Of a DNA stretch of 64,000 nt, positions 55,876 through 64,000 are shown piece by piece. The stretch's first letter is position 1; each line of letters starts with the position of its first letter. The notes below the pieces were generated by a model that saw only the letters and a list, made by a program, of their open reading frames with translations, was not told where the DNA came from and did not search any database. Position numbers and translations under genes: made by a program. Source of the DNA: Patescibacteria group bacterium (GTDB lineage Bacteria; Patescibacteriota; Minisyncoccia; UBA6257; GWB1-50-10); assembly GCA_038065455.1 (NCBI GenBank), contig JBBTQX010000004.1, forward strand, positions 5,157 through 69,156. The letters are read 5' to 3'.

Positions 55876-55909
55876 ACAAAGTTATTATGTCATGACATAA
55901 TAACTTTGT
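55876..55909. promoter_or_regulatory. perfect 34-bp palindrome ACAAAGTTATTATGTCATGACATAATAACTTTGT
   Basis: It is read directly from the sequence and lies downstream of the PaaX-like gene. Confidence 0.5.
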
Positions 55910-56018
55910 AAAAATGTAGAAAAAAGGGAGAGGGGGAATGAAGGAGAAAGATGGTGATAGAGGAGGATGGGGAGTGGGGAGAGAGAAAGAAAAAAGGAAA
56001 AAGTGGGGGCTGTTTGAT

Positions 56019-56381
56019 TTAAAATAAACTAACTCCTGCTTTCCAGATGGTACCTTCCGCCGTAATGGGTACCGGAAGCACGCAAACCCCTCCCGGGATG
56101 GCGGTTCCCAAGACTTTCGCGCCGGGTTTAAGAATGAAATTTTCGTAAATCACGGAAACACCCGGCTGATAAAGAAAAACTCCGGGTCTAGGTTGCCCAA
56201 CCGTAATAAGAATGCCATTAGTGCAAGGAACGGCGACTAAGATATTGCCCCCGAAAGGAATGATCAGTCCTATTGCTGAAGCGAATTGAGGGAAAATAAG
56301 CATACCGACAGCAAGAAAAAAGAAAGAAAAAGAAGATATAATAAAAAACATTTTCACTCCTCTGTAAAACATGTTAGGCAT
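56019..56381 (-). CDS. hypothetical secreted or membrane-anchored protein (120 aa), Gly/Pro-rich
   Basis: The N-terminus has a hydrophobic signal or anchor segment. No recognisable motif was found. Confidence 0.4.
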   Translation of the reverse strand: MPNMFYRGVKMFFIISSFSFFFLAVGMLIFPQFASAIGLIIPFGGNILVAVPCTNGILITVGQPRPGVFLYQPGVSVIYENFILKPGAKVLGTAIPGGVCVLPVPITAEGTIWKAGVSLF

Positions 56382-56462
56382 TGTTCAAAAAGGCTTATTT
56401 AAGCCAAAAACATTATAACATCCGGCGGCAAAATATAGTATACTGATAACATCTCGAATTAT

Positions 56463-57260
56463 ATGAAAAAAAGGAAAATAATCTCCGCCATTATTTTATT
56501 GAGCGGTTTGGCATTTTTTCTGCTAATCGTCAATTCCACCGGAAAAAATCAAGAATTTCCGGCCATGGTAGCCCTGAATAAGAATAACTCTGAATCCGGT
56601 TTTGACTACCGAACCGATAAAAATCGGGACATTATCCCGAGCGCGATTTCCGGAACAAATATGTCTCCCGCGACCGACAATTTAACCGAATTGCTCGCTA
56701 AAAACATTTCCAGTGGAATTCTCACGGTAAACAGTAAACTAGTATCCGAACAAGGAACTTCTTCCATTGCCCTTCCTTCATCTAATTCGTTGGGCAACTC
56801 CATAGAGCAGTCTATCGAGCAAAATATGAAATTCCCGGTCTTCGGCTTAAAAGATATCAGAATCGGCTCTGATAATTCGCCGGAGGCCCAACTCGCTTAT
56901 TTCAACACAATCGGGGAAATATCCAAGAAAAACTTTGGGAATTTCAAAACCTCCATCGTGACAATGCTCAATAATTTAATTGAAAATAACGATTCCACCG
57001 CACTCGCCAAATACGCTAGAATTGCAAATAAACAAGTCGCTGATTTTCTTGCGCTTAAAGTCCCGGAACAACTTTCCGCTTGGCATCTACAAAACCTGAA
57101 TTTATGGCAGAAGAAATTCACGGCCTATTCCGCGATGGCTAATTTGAGTTCCGATCCGCTCAAAATGATTATCGCCTTCAAAGAGGTTCCGAATATCGTG
57201 CAGGAAACATTGAATTTGGATTCAGTGATGAAAGAAAAATATTTAAAATTGATACCATAA
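56463..57260 (+). CDS. hypothetical N-terminally anchored exported protein (265 aa)
   Basis: The signal or anchor segment reads IISAIILLSGLAFFLLIV. It lies in a T4SS-like neighbourhood. Confidence 0.45.
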   Translation: MKKRKIISAIILLSGLAFFLLIVNSTGKNQEFPAMVALNKNNSESGFDYRTDKNRDIIPSAISGTNMSPATDNLTELLAKNISSGILTVNSKLVSEQGTSSIALPSSNSLGNSIEQSIEQNMKFPVFGLKDIRIGSDNSPEAQLAYFNTIGEISKKNFGNFKTSIVTMLNNLIENNDSTALAKYARIANKQVADFLALKVPEQLSAWHLQNLNLWQKKFTAYSAMANLSSDPLKMIIAFKEVPNIVQETLNLDSVMKEKYLKLIP

Positions 57261-58981
57261 TGGATTTATTGATGAAAAAAATTATTTCTTTGGTTCTTTT
57301 AACGTCTGTTTTGGCGGGAACCGCATTAATGGTTCCTCAAAAAGCTCAAGCGGCTGATCCGATAACCTGGGCGGTTTGCGGAGCATATGAAGCAACAATA
57401 GGGAAATTGTTCGGGGCTGCTGAAGATACAGTGAGTGGAACCATATCGGGTGCTGCGAATAAAATAGTGAACAAAGTAGTGAGCATTGATGCTGTTCCAG
57501 TTTCCGATAGTGCAGTTCAAAGCGGTCAAAAAGCGCAGGTCGCGAGCGATAAAAAAACGGAATGTGAGCGTTTTGTAGCGGATGTCGCGCTTGCCGCTTT
57601 GAAAAAACGACTTTTAAATATTATGACCCAGGATGTCGTAGAGTGGATAAATAATGGGTATGGGCCAGAAGGACCTAAATTCACCCAAGACTTCGAAAAA
57701 GTTTTCACCGACGCCGGGGACCAAGCTATAGGTGATATTCTTCAAGAATATGCCTTCACTGCTCCGCTTTGTAAACCTTTTTCTTTTGATATCACTTTCC
57801 AACTCCAGCAGCCGGCTCCGCTCGCCGAAAGAGCCCAATGTACGCTCACGAGCGTCATTAAAAGCTTTGAAAGCTACCGGGACGACTTCAAGAACGGCGG
57901 CTGGATCGGCTATCAGGAGCTTCTAAAACCTCAAAACAACCAATGGGGAGTGGAGCTTCTGACTCAAAGCGAGATAACGAGCCGCACGGCTCTTAAGATA
58001 AATTCCAGCGCTCTAAAAGAAACTGTTAATGTTGGATTCGATTCTTCGGAATGCACCGGCGGATGGGATTTAATGGATAAAATAACTAAACAGCTGGCAA
58101 AAGCTGGTTCCGAAATAGACCAAAATACAATAAATTTTTATGGTCATATAAATAAGGGTGATGTTTATCATGGGAAGACTTGGGACGATCCAAAATTAGC
58201 ACCTCCTTCTCCGACGAAAAGTAGTAAAAATTTCTTTTATAGTTGTGCTGGTACCACAATCACGACACCCGGTCGGACGATTGCGGCCGCTTTGGAAAAA
58301 TCCATTCTTCCAGAATTTGATCTTATAATAAACTCAAAAGACCTTACCAATTCTCTCGCTATTATCGCCGACGCGGCTATCAATGACATTATAAAAAGAG
58401 GGGTAAGAGGAATACAGAATTTCAATAAACCCGTTCCGAAAAATCCAGAAAATGAGAAGTTTTCCGATTCCCAAAGAAACAGGGTTAATCAGGCATCCGG
58501 GGATTACGATAAAATCCAAGGGCAGATAAGCAACAGTAAAACGACAGGTGCTTATCTTGACCAGATTAATCCGGCCGCCAACACCATTCTCGCCGCCTCA
58601 TCGATTCTCAAAAATGCTTCCGATAAAAACGAAGAAGCGATAAAAACCGGTCAAGATACTCTTGCCTGTATTGCCCAATCAAATACTCACGCCGATAGAC
58701 CTGCCATTCAAGCCGCCGTGGACAAAGCGAATTTAAACCCCGTGCTCATCACCGCAAAATCAACAGAAATTAAAACTAATTCCGCTTCCATACAAACCCT
58801 TATTTCCCAAATTAACGCGGGTAATTGTGATACCTATTACCAACCTCAATCTTGCCAATCTCAAATAGATGGCAAAAGATCTGCCGCCGGACAACTTAAT
58901 ATCGACGCTAATAACCTTCTAAATTCTGTTCAAGATACACTAACCAATCTGGAAGAATTAAAAAAGAAAGTTTGCTCTTAA
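57260..58981 (+). CDS. hypothetical secreted protein (573 aa)
   Basis: The signal peptide ends ..AQA-AD. The protein is Gln/Asn/Thr-rich and shows no enzymatic motif. Confidence 0.45.
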   Translation: MDLLMKKIISLVLLTSVLAGTALMVPQKAQAADPITWAVCGAYEATIGKLFGAAEDTVSGTISGAANKIVNKVVSIDAVPVSDSAVQSGQKAQVASDKKTECERFVADVALAALKKRLLNIMTQDVVEWINNGYGPEGPKFTQDFEKVFTDAGDQAIGDILQEYAFTAPLCKPFSFDITFQLQQPAPLAERAQCTLTSVIKSFESYRDDFKNGGWIGYQELLKPQNNQWGVELLTQSEITSRTALKINSSALKETVNVGFDSSECTGGWDLMDKITKQLAKAGSEIDQNTINFYGHINKGDVYHGKTWDDPKLAPPSPTKSSKNFFYSCAGTTITTPGRTIAAALEKSILPEFDLIINSKDLTNSLAIIADAAINDIIKRGVRGIQNFNKPVPKNPENEKFSDSQRNRVNQASGDYDKIQGQISNSKTTGAYLDQINPAANTILAASSILKNASDKNEEAIKTGQDTLACIAQSNTHADRPAIQAAVDKANLNPVLITAKSTEIKTNSASIQTLISQINAGNCDTYYQPQSCQSQIDGKRSAAGQLNIDANNLLNSVQDTLTNLEELKKKVCS

Positions 58982-58996
58982 AATAGGAGTAATAAA

Positions 58997-60985
58997 ATGG
59001 AAAAAATAATTAGAAATAAAAAAATTGTATTATTCTCGCTTGGAACAATTTTTTTTGTTTCTTTGTTTATCATTCCCCATTTTGCCGGAGCGCAAACCTC
59101 GATTATTACCGACGCGGCAGTCGGAATTTTCGTCACGGCCTTCAAGGTTTTCGCCTATATTTTAAACACCATCCTCGGCTTCCTTTTTATGCTTGCCGGC
59201 GGGCTCGTGAATATCGCGATGGATTTGAACGCCAAAATTTTGGATAAAACGAACACGCTGGTCAGTATCGGCTGGACAATCACCCGAGATGTGGCGAACC
59301 TCGGCTTCGTCCTGATTATGATAGTGATGGCAGTCGCGACCATCGTCCGCTACGAAAAATATAGCGTTCAGAAGCTCTTACCGCTCCTGATCGGCGCCGC
59401 CATTCTCGTGAACTTCAGCCTTACGATTGCGGGGGTTTTTATCAGCTTCTCGGATACAGTTTCGAAAGTTTTTTTGAAGAGACTGGTCGTGGAGGGCGCT
59501 ACCGGCCGGAACCTCACCGATGCCATCGCCGGCGCTTTCAGTCCTCAACGACTGCTGATGAAAAATACCGACAATCCGGAGCCGCCCGATCCAGCCTCGC
59601 AGGGGAATTTTTTGAGCGACGTATCGGCGGCGGCCCTTATCAGCATCTCCGGATTGGTTTTCAACGTTATCTTCATGGCCATCGCGGTGATTTCAATGGC
59701 CGCTTTAGCGCTTATGCTCCTTTACCGCTATATTTATCTTTCCTTCCTACTTATCCTTTCGCCGCTCGCCTGGATGTTCTGGGTCTTTCCCGACTTGGAA
59801 TATCTCTATAAGAAATGGTGGGAGAATTTCATAAAGTGGTGCTTCTTCCTGCCAGCTGTCACTTTCTTCCTCTATTTGGCGGTGGAGACTGCCTTCCAGA
59901 TGGAAAAAAACTCGATTTTCATCAACGCGACCGGCTTTACGGGCGCATTGACATCTATTATGCAGCAAGGCGCGCAGATGATAGTGCTCGCGGGACTGCT
60001 TCTGGGCGGATTGATTGTGGCCCAAACTCTAGGGATTAAGGGGGCAGAAGGATCTATGAAGCTAGCCGCGAAAATGGGCGAAGGAGCAAGATCGATGGCT
60101 GGACGAAAAGCCTTGCAATATGGAAGTTATGCTTTGCGGAGAAAGGGAGAGAAGCCGGATTCCAAATCTGCCGCAGAATGGCTGGTTGATAAAGCTAAGA
60201 GCGTGAAAATCCCCGTTGTAAAACAAGCGGTCGGCTATTTAGCCCGCGGAGCCACCAGAATTTCAACCGCGGGAGGAGAAGATATTTTGAAGGGACACGA
60301 TAGCGCCGTGAGTAAAATGTCTACTGCCGATGCCACGGCGGCCCTACTGACTGCTTCCGGACCGCGCCGAATAGCCCTTGTTAAAAAACTTTCCAAGGAA
60401 AAACAGTTGGGTAATCTGGATATGGGAGAAATAATAAACGGGGGCACGAGATCTCTTTTTACAAGATTCAATCAAGGAAGAGAATTCGGCGACGTTGAGA
60501 AGAACGGCCTAATGACGGTGGATATGATGGAGGCGCTGAAAAACAATAACGAGGAGGGTCTTCAGATAGCCACAGATAAACTAGTTGGCAGCATGACCAG
60601 AAAAGACTTGGAAACCGCTGCGGTAAAAGATTTGTTCAGCGGCAAAAAGAAGTTTGGCTTTGAAATAAACGACGTAAAAAACCTTGCCCAAAATTTTGCC
60701 CGGGCTCTGGAGTCGGAAAATCCTGCTCTCGTACCGAGCATGATACCGAAATTTGATTCTCCCTCCAGAAAAAACTTTACCGACACCTATAATGATGTCT
60801 TGGATGAAAGCTTGAAAATGGCTACTCCGGGCAGCCCGGCATACGATGAGATAAAAAAGATGAAAAAACAATTTGATACGGTGCTTGCCAACTATACAAT
60901 GGGGTTTTCTCCCGTCGAAGAGACAAGCGGCGGAGGAACAACCGCCAGCACGCCACCGCCAAGCGGAGGGGCTCCGAAACCCTGA
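58997..60985 (+). CDS. polytopic membrane protein, possible VirB6/TrbL-like T4SS channel component
   Basis: It has about six TM helices in the first 340 aa. The C-terminal domain is long and hydrophilic and ends in a Gly/Pro/Thr tail. The call rests on topology and gene context only. Confidence 0.35.
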   Translation: MEKIIRNKKIVLFSLGTIFFVSLFIIPHFAGAQTSIITDAAVGIFVTAFKVFAYILNTILGFLFMLAGGLVNIAMDLNAKILDKTNTLVSIGWTITRDVANLGFVLIMIVMAVATIVRYEKYSVQKLLPLLIGAAILVNFSLTIAGVFISFSDTVSKVFLKRLVVEGATGRNLTDAIAGAFSPQRLLMKNTDNPEPPDPASQGNFLSDVSAAALISISGLVFNVIFMAIAVISMAALALMLLYRYIYLSFLLILSPLAWMFWVFPDLEYLYKKWWENFIKWCFFLPAVTFFLYLAVETAFQMEKNSIFINATGFTGALTSIMQQGAQMIVLAGLLLGGLIVAQTLGIKGAEGSMKLAAKMGEGARSMAGRKALQYGSYALRRKGEKPDSKSAAEWLVDKAKSVKIPVVKQAVGYLARGATRISTAGGEDILKGHDSAVSKMSTADATAALLTASGPRRIALVKKLSKEKQLGNLDMGEIINGGTRSLFTRFNQGREFGDVEKNGLMTVDMMEALKNNNEEGLQIATDKLVGSMTRKDLETAAVKDLFSGKKKFGFEINDVKNLAQNFARALESENPALVPSMIPKFDSPSRKNFTDTYNDVLDESLKMATPGSPAYDEIKKMKKQFDTVLANYTMGFSPVEETSGGGTTASTPPPSGGAPKP

Positions 60986-60994
60986 TAATACAAA

Positions 60995-61843
60995 ATGATT
61001 AATCCTTTAAAAATAACCCAGGGGCAATTCGACCGGCGATGGGATGAAATGCCAGAAAGTCTTCGTGAACTTCTTTATTCTCCGGAACACGCCGAAATAA
61101 TCAGACTCATCTGCGAAAATCACCACCTGAGTGAAGAAAAAATAGAGACGGTTCTTGGTGTTGTTGGGAGTATTATTGCTGGATTTATTCATATTCAAGA
61201 TCTGGATCATCAAATTGTGGTTGTTCTTGATTTAAATCCCGAGTTGGCGAAAACGCTAGCTCTCGAAATCAATGAGCGGGTATTGGTTCGTTTCGAAAAA
61301 GAAATTGAGGATGTTTTTCAGCCGGTTTTGACGACTGGGGGAGCAAAAAAGAAAGAGAAAGAGAATAATAATTTAACGAACGTTAAGATTGTGGACGAAG
61401 ATGTACCTGGGCCCGTTTCTTTGTCGGAAAAGCCTTTTATTCTTCATCAAGAAAAATCCGAGGCTCCGGAAGAGAAGAAATCGTCTTTCAAAGGATTTTC
61501 GATGCCGTTCGGATTTTTCAAATCTAAAAATCAGCCAACTCCCGCCGGAAAATCGACAAAGGTGGAAATAGAAACTTCCGGCGACTCTCCGAAAAACGAA
61601 AAAAGAACGGTGAACTACAATGAGCTCCGTACCTCGCTCTCGCCCTTTGAAGTTGAACAAAATTTCATCAATCCCGTTAAAAATGAACCGGTTTCCGCGC
61701 TAATCGTTCCGATTCCGGAAATAAAACCCGTTCCGGCGGCGCCGGAAATATCCCCGCTCTCGGAAGAAAAGAAAAGCGAGATATTCGGCACCATCAAAAA
61801 GCCCCAGCCGAAAACGGAGGGAAATACCATCGATCTGCGATAA
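60995..61843 (+). CDS. hypothetical protein (282 aa)
   Basis: No recognisable motif was found. The C-terminus is Pro/Glu/Lys-rich. Confidence 0.4.
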   Translation: MINPLKITQGQFDRRWDEMPESLRELLYSPEHAEIIRLICENHHLSEEKIETVLGVVGSIIAGFIHIQDLDHQIVVVLDLNPELAKTLALEINERVLVRFEKEIEDVFQPVLTTGGAKKKEKENNNLTNVKIVDEDVPGPVSLSEKPFILHQEKSEAPEEKKSSFKGFSMPFGFFKSKNQPTPAGKSTKVEIETSGDSPKNEKRTVNYNELRTSLSPFEVEQNFINPVKNEPVSALIVPIPEIKPVPAAPEISPLSEEKKSEIFGTIKKPQPKTEGNTIDLR

Positions 61844-61853
61844 TTTTATAACC

Positions 61854-62336
61854 ATGAATTTCCAAGTCCCGCAATTTATAGAACAAAAGCCCAAAATCGT
61901 CGGGTTTCTGACCCTGCCCCAATTTCTCTATGTCGCGGGAGCCGCTATCTTAGGCTACATATCTTTCTATGTTTTCAATTTCTTCTTTGCCATTATTATC
62001 ACTGTTTTTGCCGGGCTTATCGGCATCGCTTTCGCTTTCGTAAAAGTGAACGGCCAAGAATTTCCCAAAATCATCGTGTCGGTCTTCGGTTATTTATGGG
62101 GACCCCGCCTTTATACCTGGCAAAGACAAACAGCCCGCGAATCCGTGAATATCAACGAGGTGGAGGAACTGCGGGGCAAGATGAGCCTCCAGGAAAAATT
62201 GAAATCCGTCGCTTTGAAAATCACTACCGGCAAATTCTTCAAGCCGGCGGACGAAGTTAGCGGGGACGGTGAAAAATACGAAACGGTGATGTATCTGACG
62301 GGAGAAAGACGAAGAGCTAAAAAAGTGGACTACTAG
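61854..62336 (+). CDS. small two-TM membrane protein, VirB3-like candidate
   Basis: KIVGFLTLPQFLYVAGAAILGY resembles the VirB3 (L)FKGLTRP..F motif. It sits directly upstream of the VirB4-like gene. Confidence 0.4.
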   Translation: MNFQVPQFIEQKPKIVGFLTLPQFLYVAGAAILGYISFYVFNFFFAIIITVFAGLIGIAFAFVKVNGQEFPKIIVSVFGYLWGPRLYTWQRQTARESVNINEVEELRGKMSLQEKLKSVALKITTGKFFKPADEVSGDGEKYETVMYLTGERRRAKKVDY

Positions 62337-62395
62337 GCAATTTTTAATTTTTGAATTTTTAAATAAATTATAATGTCTGAATTTTTAAACACTTT

Positions 62396-62740
62396 ATGAA
62401 ATATGATTTGGAAGAGAGGACGGCTAAATTTGGAGAAAGTGTCATATTTTTCATTAAGAAAATTCCTGAAAATCGGATAAACCAGCCACTAATAAACCAA
62501 GTCATAAGGTCTGCTACGAGCATTGGGGCTAATTATATGGAGGCTAACCAGGCAAGCTCTAAAAAGGATTTTAGAAATAAAATAAGAATTTCCCAAAAAG
62601 AATCTAATGAAACTAAGCATTGGATTAGAATGATGGCCGCCGCGAACCAGAACCATAAAGAAGAGTGTATGGTTTTATGGAAAGAGGCCCACGAATTAAC
62701 CTTGATTTTTGCTAAAATATCAAAAAATTGCGGTGTTTAA
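62396..62740 (+). CDS. four-helix-bundle protein (23S rRNA intervening-sequence protein family)
   Basis: RSATSIGANYMEANQASSKKDFRNKIRISQKESNETKHWIRM resembles the family pattern. It lies in an AT-rich islet. Confidence 0.55.
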   Translation: MKYDLEERTAKFGESVIFFIKKIPENRINQPLINQVIRSATSIGANYMEANQASSKKDFRNKIRISQKESNETKHWIRMMAAANQNHKEECMVLWKEAHELTLIFAKISKNCGV

Positions 62741-62803
62741 AAACTAGAATTTAGACATTATTTAAAAATTACAAAAATTACAAAATTATAATACAATAAG
62801 GAT

Positions 62804-63439
62804 ATGTCCGATACACCGCAACCATCCCAGCAATTCGTTCCGATAAAAGAGATTCGGGACGGCGTCGTTTATCTTAAAAATGGCGGGCTTCGCCAGCTCC
62901 TGATAGTGAGCGGGGTGAATTTTGAATTGAAATCCGAGGCCGAACAAAACCTGATTCTCGGCGGCTTCCAGAACTTCATCAACTCGCTCGATTTTTCCGT
63001 TCAAATCTTCGTCCATTCCCGCAAAGTGAATGTGGATAATTATCTGGCAAAAATGGACATGCGGAAAAAAGACGAGCAGAATGAGCTTTTAAAAATCCAA
63101 ATAGAGGAGTATGCGAATTTCATCCGGAGTTTCGTGGACCAGAACGCCATTATCAGCAAGAATTTTTTCATAGTGGTGCCCTACGACCCGATTGCCGCTC
63201 CGGCCGCCGCGAAAGGATTTCTCGGCCTTTTCGGCAAAAAAACTTCCGATAACGAGAAGAATGTTATGGAGAAAGAAAACTTGGAACAGCTCCGCCACCG
63301 GACGGAGCAGGTGATAGAAGGATTAAGCCAGACCGGAATCCGAGCCGCTATTTTGGAAAACGAAGAAGCAACGGAACTTTTTTATAATCTGTACAATCCC
63401 CAGCTCGTCGAGAAAAGAACTTTGGATATAGCCAAATAA
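62804..63439 (+). CDS. VirB4/TrbE-like conjugation ATPase, N-terminal segment (split gene)
   Basis: VPIKEIRDGVVYLKNGGLRQLLIVSGVNFELKSEAEQNLILGGFQNFINSLDFSVQIFVHSRKV...ELFYNLYNP resembles the N-terminal region of the Gram-positive VirB4 type (PrgJ/TcpF/ConE-like). Confidence 0.55.
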   Translation: MSDTPQPSQQFVPIKEIRDGVVYLKNGGLRQLLIVSGVNFELKSEAEQNLILGGFQNFINSLDFSVQIFVHSRKVNVDNYLAKMDMRKKDEQNELLKIQIEEYANFIRSFVDQNAIISKNFFIVVPYDPIAAPAAAKGFLGLFGKKTSDNEKNVMEKENLEQLRHRTEQVIEGLSQTGIRAAILENEEATELFYNLYNPQLVEKRTLDIAK

Positions 63440-63440
63440 A

Positions 63441-63572
63441 ATGAATCCCGTTAGAGACATAAGCCTTATGAAAAATATGATTACCAAACAATCAATGAAA
63501 TCCAATAAAGTCGAGTTAACTAATCCATCACGGATGCGCTTTTTGAGCGCATCCTGTCTCTAACGGGATGAA
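63441..63572. mobile_element. small element bounded by inverted repeats (copy e), lying between the two halves of the VirB4-like gene
   Basis: The ends are ATCCCGTTAGAGAC ... GTCTCTAACGGGAT. The hairpin GGATGCGC-tttttga-GCGCATCC sits next to the right arm. ATGAAT is directly repeated on both flanks. The right flank supplies the ATG of the downstream ORF. Confidence 0.6.
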
Positions 63573-64000
63573 TATTAAAATTCCTAAAGCGTACAAGCCG
63601 GGCGCCGAAGATATTCCGAACGTAATCGCTCCAGCGGGGCTGGAGATCGCGAGCAATTATATTAAGATAGGCGATTATTATTCCAAAACTTTTTTCGTTT
63701 TTACCTATCCCAGATATATTTCGACCGGCTGGTTCTCGCCGCTCGTAAATCTTCCGGAAATGATGGATATTTCCATATTCATCCACCCGATGGATACCGC
63801 GCTCGCGCTCCGAAACCTCCGAAAGAAAGTGGCTCAAGTTGAAGCTGAAATAAGCGAAAAAGAGGAAAAAGGTATTGTCCGCGACCCCGTACTCGAAACG
63901 GCCTATCAGGACATAGAATCGCTCCGGGATTCTCTTCAACAAGCACGGGAAAAACTCTTTGAGGTGGGTGTTTATATCACGATTTACGGGAAAAACCTGG
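63568..64000 (+). CDS. VirB4/TrbE-like conjugation ATPase, continuing segment (partial at window end)
   Basis: It begins MNIKIPKAYKPG. IKIGDYYSKTFFVFTYPRYISTGWFSPLVNLPEMMDISIFIHPMDTALALRNL resembles the VirB4 N-domain core. Confidence 0.55.
   Translation, partial: MNIKIPKAYKPGAEDIPNVIAPAGLEIASNYIKIGDYYSKTFFVFTYPRYISTGWFSPLVNLPEMMDISIFIHPMDTALALRNLRKKVAQVEAEISEKEEKGIVRDPVLETAYQDIESLRDSLQQAREKLFEVGVYITIYGKNL

Noticed and set aside
55914-56015. The GA-rich tract read as coding sequence or as a ribosome-binding-site array
   Set aside because: All frames have stop codons and there is no downstream ORF on the + strand. The convergent minus-strand gene ends at 56019.

Overview
The window looks like a reduced genome of the Candidate Phyla Radiation / Patescibacteria type; this placement is inference. 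It is about 50% GC, with AT-rich islands at roughly 20.0-22.5 kb, 44.2-46.3 kb, 55.2-56.5 kb and 62.3-62.8 kb. Genes are densely packed and often overlap, and several conserved enzymes are shortened (MetRS 485 aa, ValRS 754 aa, RecO 177 aa). The backbone is housekeeping: metG, glyQS, valS, tsaD, recO, murD, a membrane H+-pyrophosphatase, nusA, ftsK, recA, folD, glyA, ftsH, rpsA, gyrA, rpsO-pnp, comM, ksgA, and tRNA-Val(UAC), a UAU-anticodon tRNA and tRNA-Leu(UAG). On top of that there are several unusual layers. (1) A family of five small elements bounded by the inverted repeat ATCCCGTTAGAAA / TTTCTAACGGGAT. One copy is inserted in frame in valS. One sits between the two halves of a split VirB4-like ATPase gene. 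Two overlap the start codons of ftsH and a transporter gene. (2) Tandem heptanucleotide repeats (GAAATCC and variants) inserted in frame, in units of three heptamers, into glyQS, valS (twice) and tsaD (twice). They encode repeated NPKSEIR-like peptides. (3) A full-length intein with a LAGLIDADG homing endonuclease in gyrA, immediately after the catalytic tyrosine. (4) A free-standing single-motif LAGLIDADG endonuclease next to a YraN-like endonuclease in an AT-rich island. (5) A type IV secretion / conjugation-like gene set: four tandem VirB2/TrbC-like pilin paralogs, a VirB6-like polytopic membrane protein, a VirB3-like protein and a split VirB4-like ATPase. (6) Two PaaX-like regulator genes, each flanked upstream and downstream by its own palindrome. 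(7) An internally deleted IS30 remnant next to tRNA-Leu, a tyrosine recombinase, and a structured intergenic region upstream of rpsO. No CRISPR array or rRNA gene was seen. All calls rest on reading the sequence and on recalled family motifs. No database search was run.
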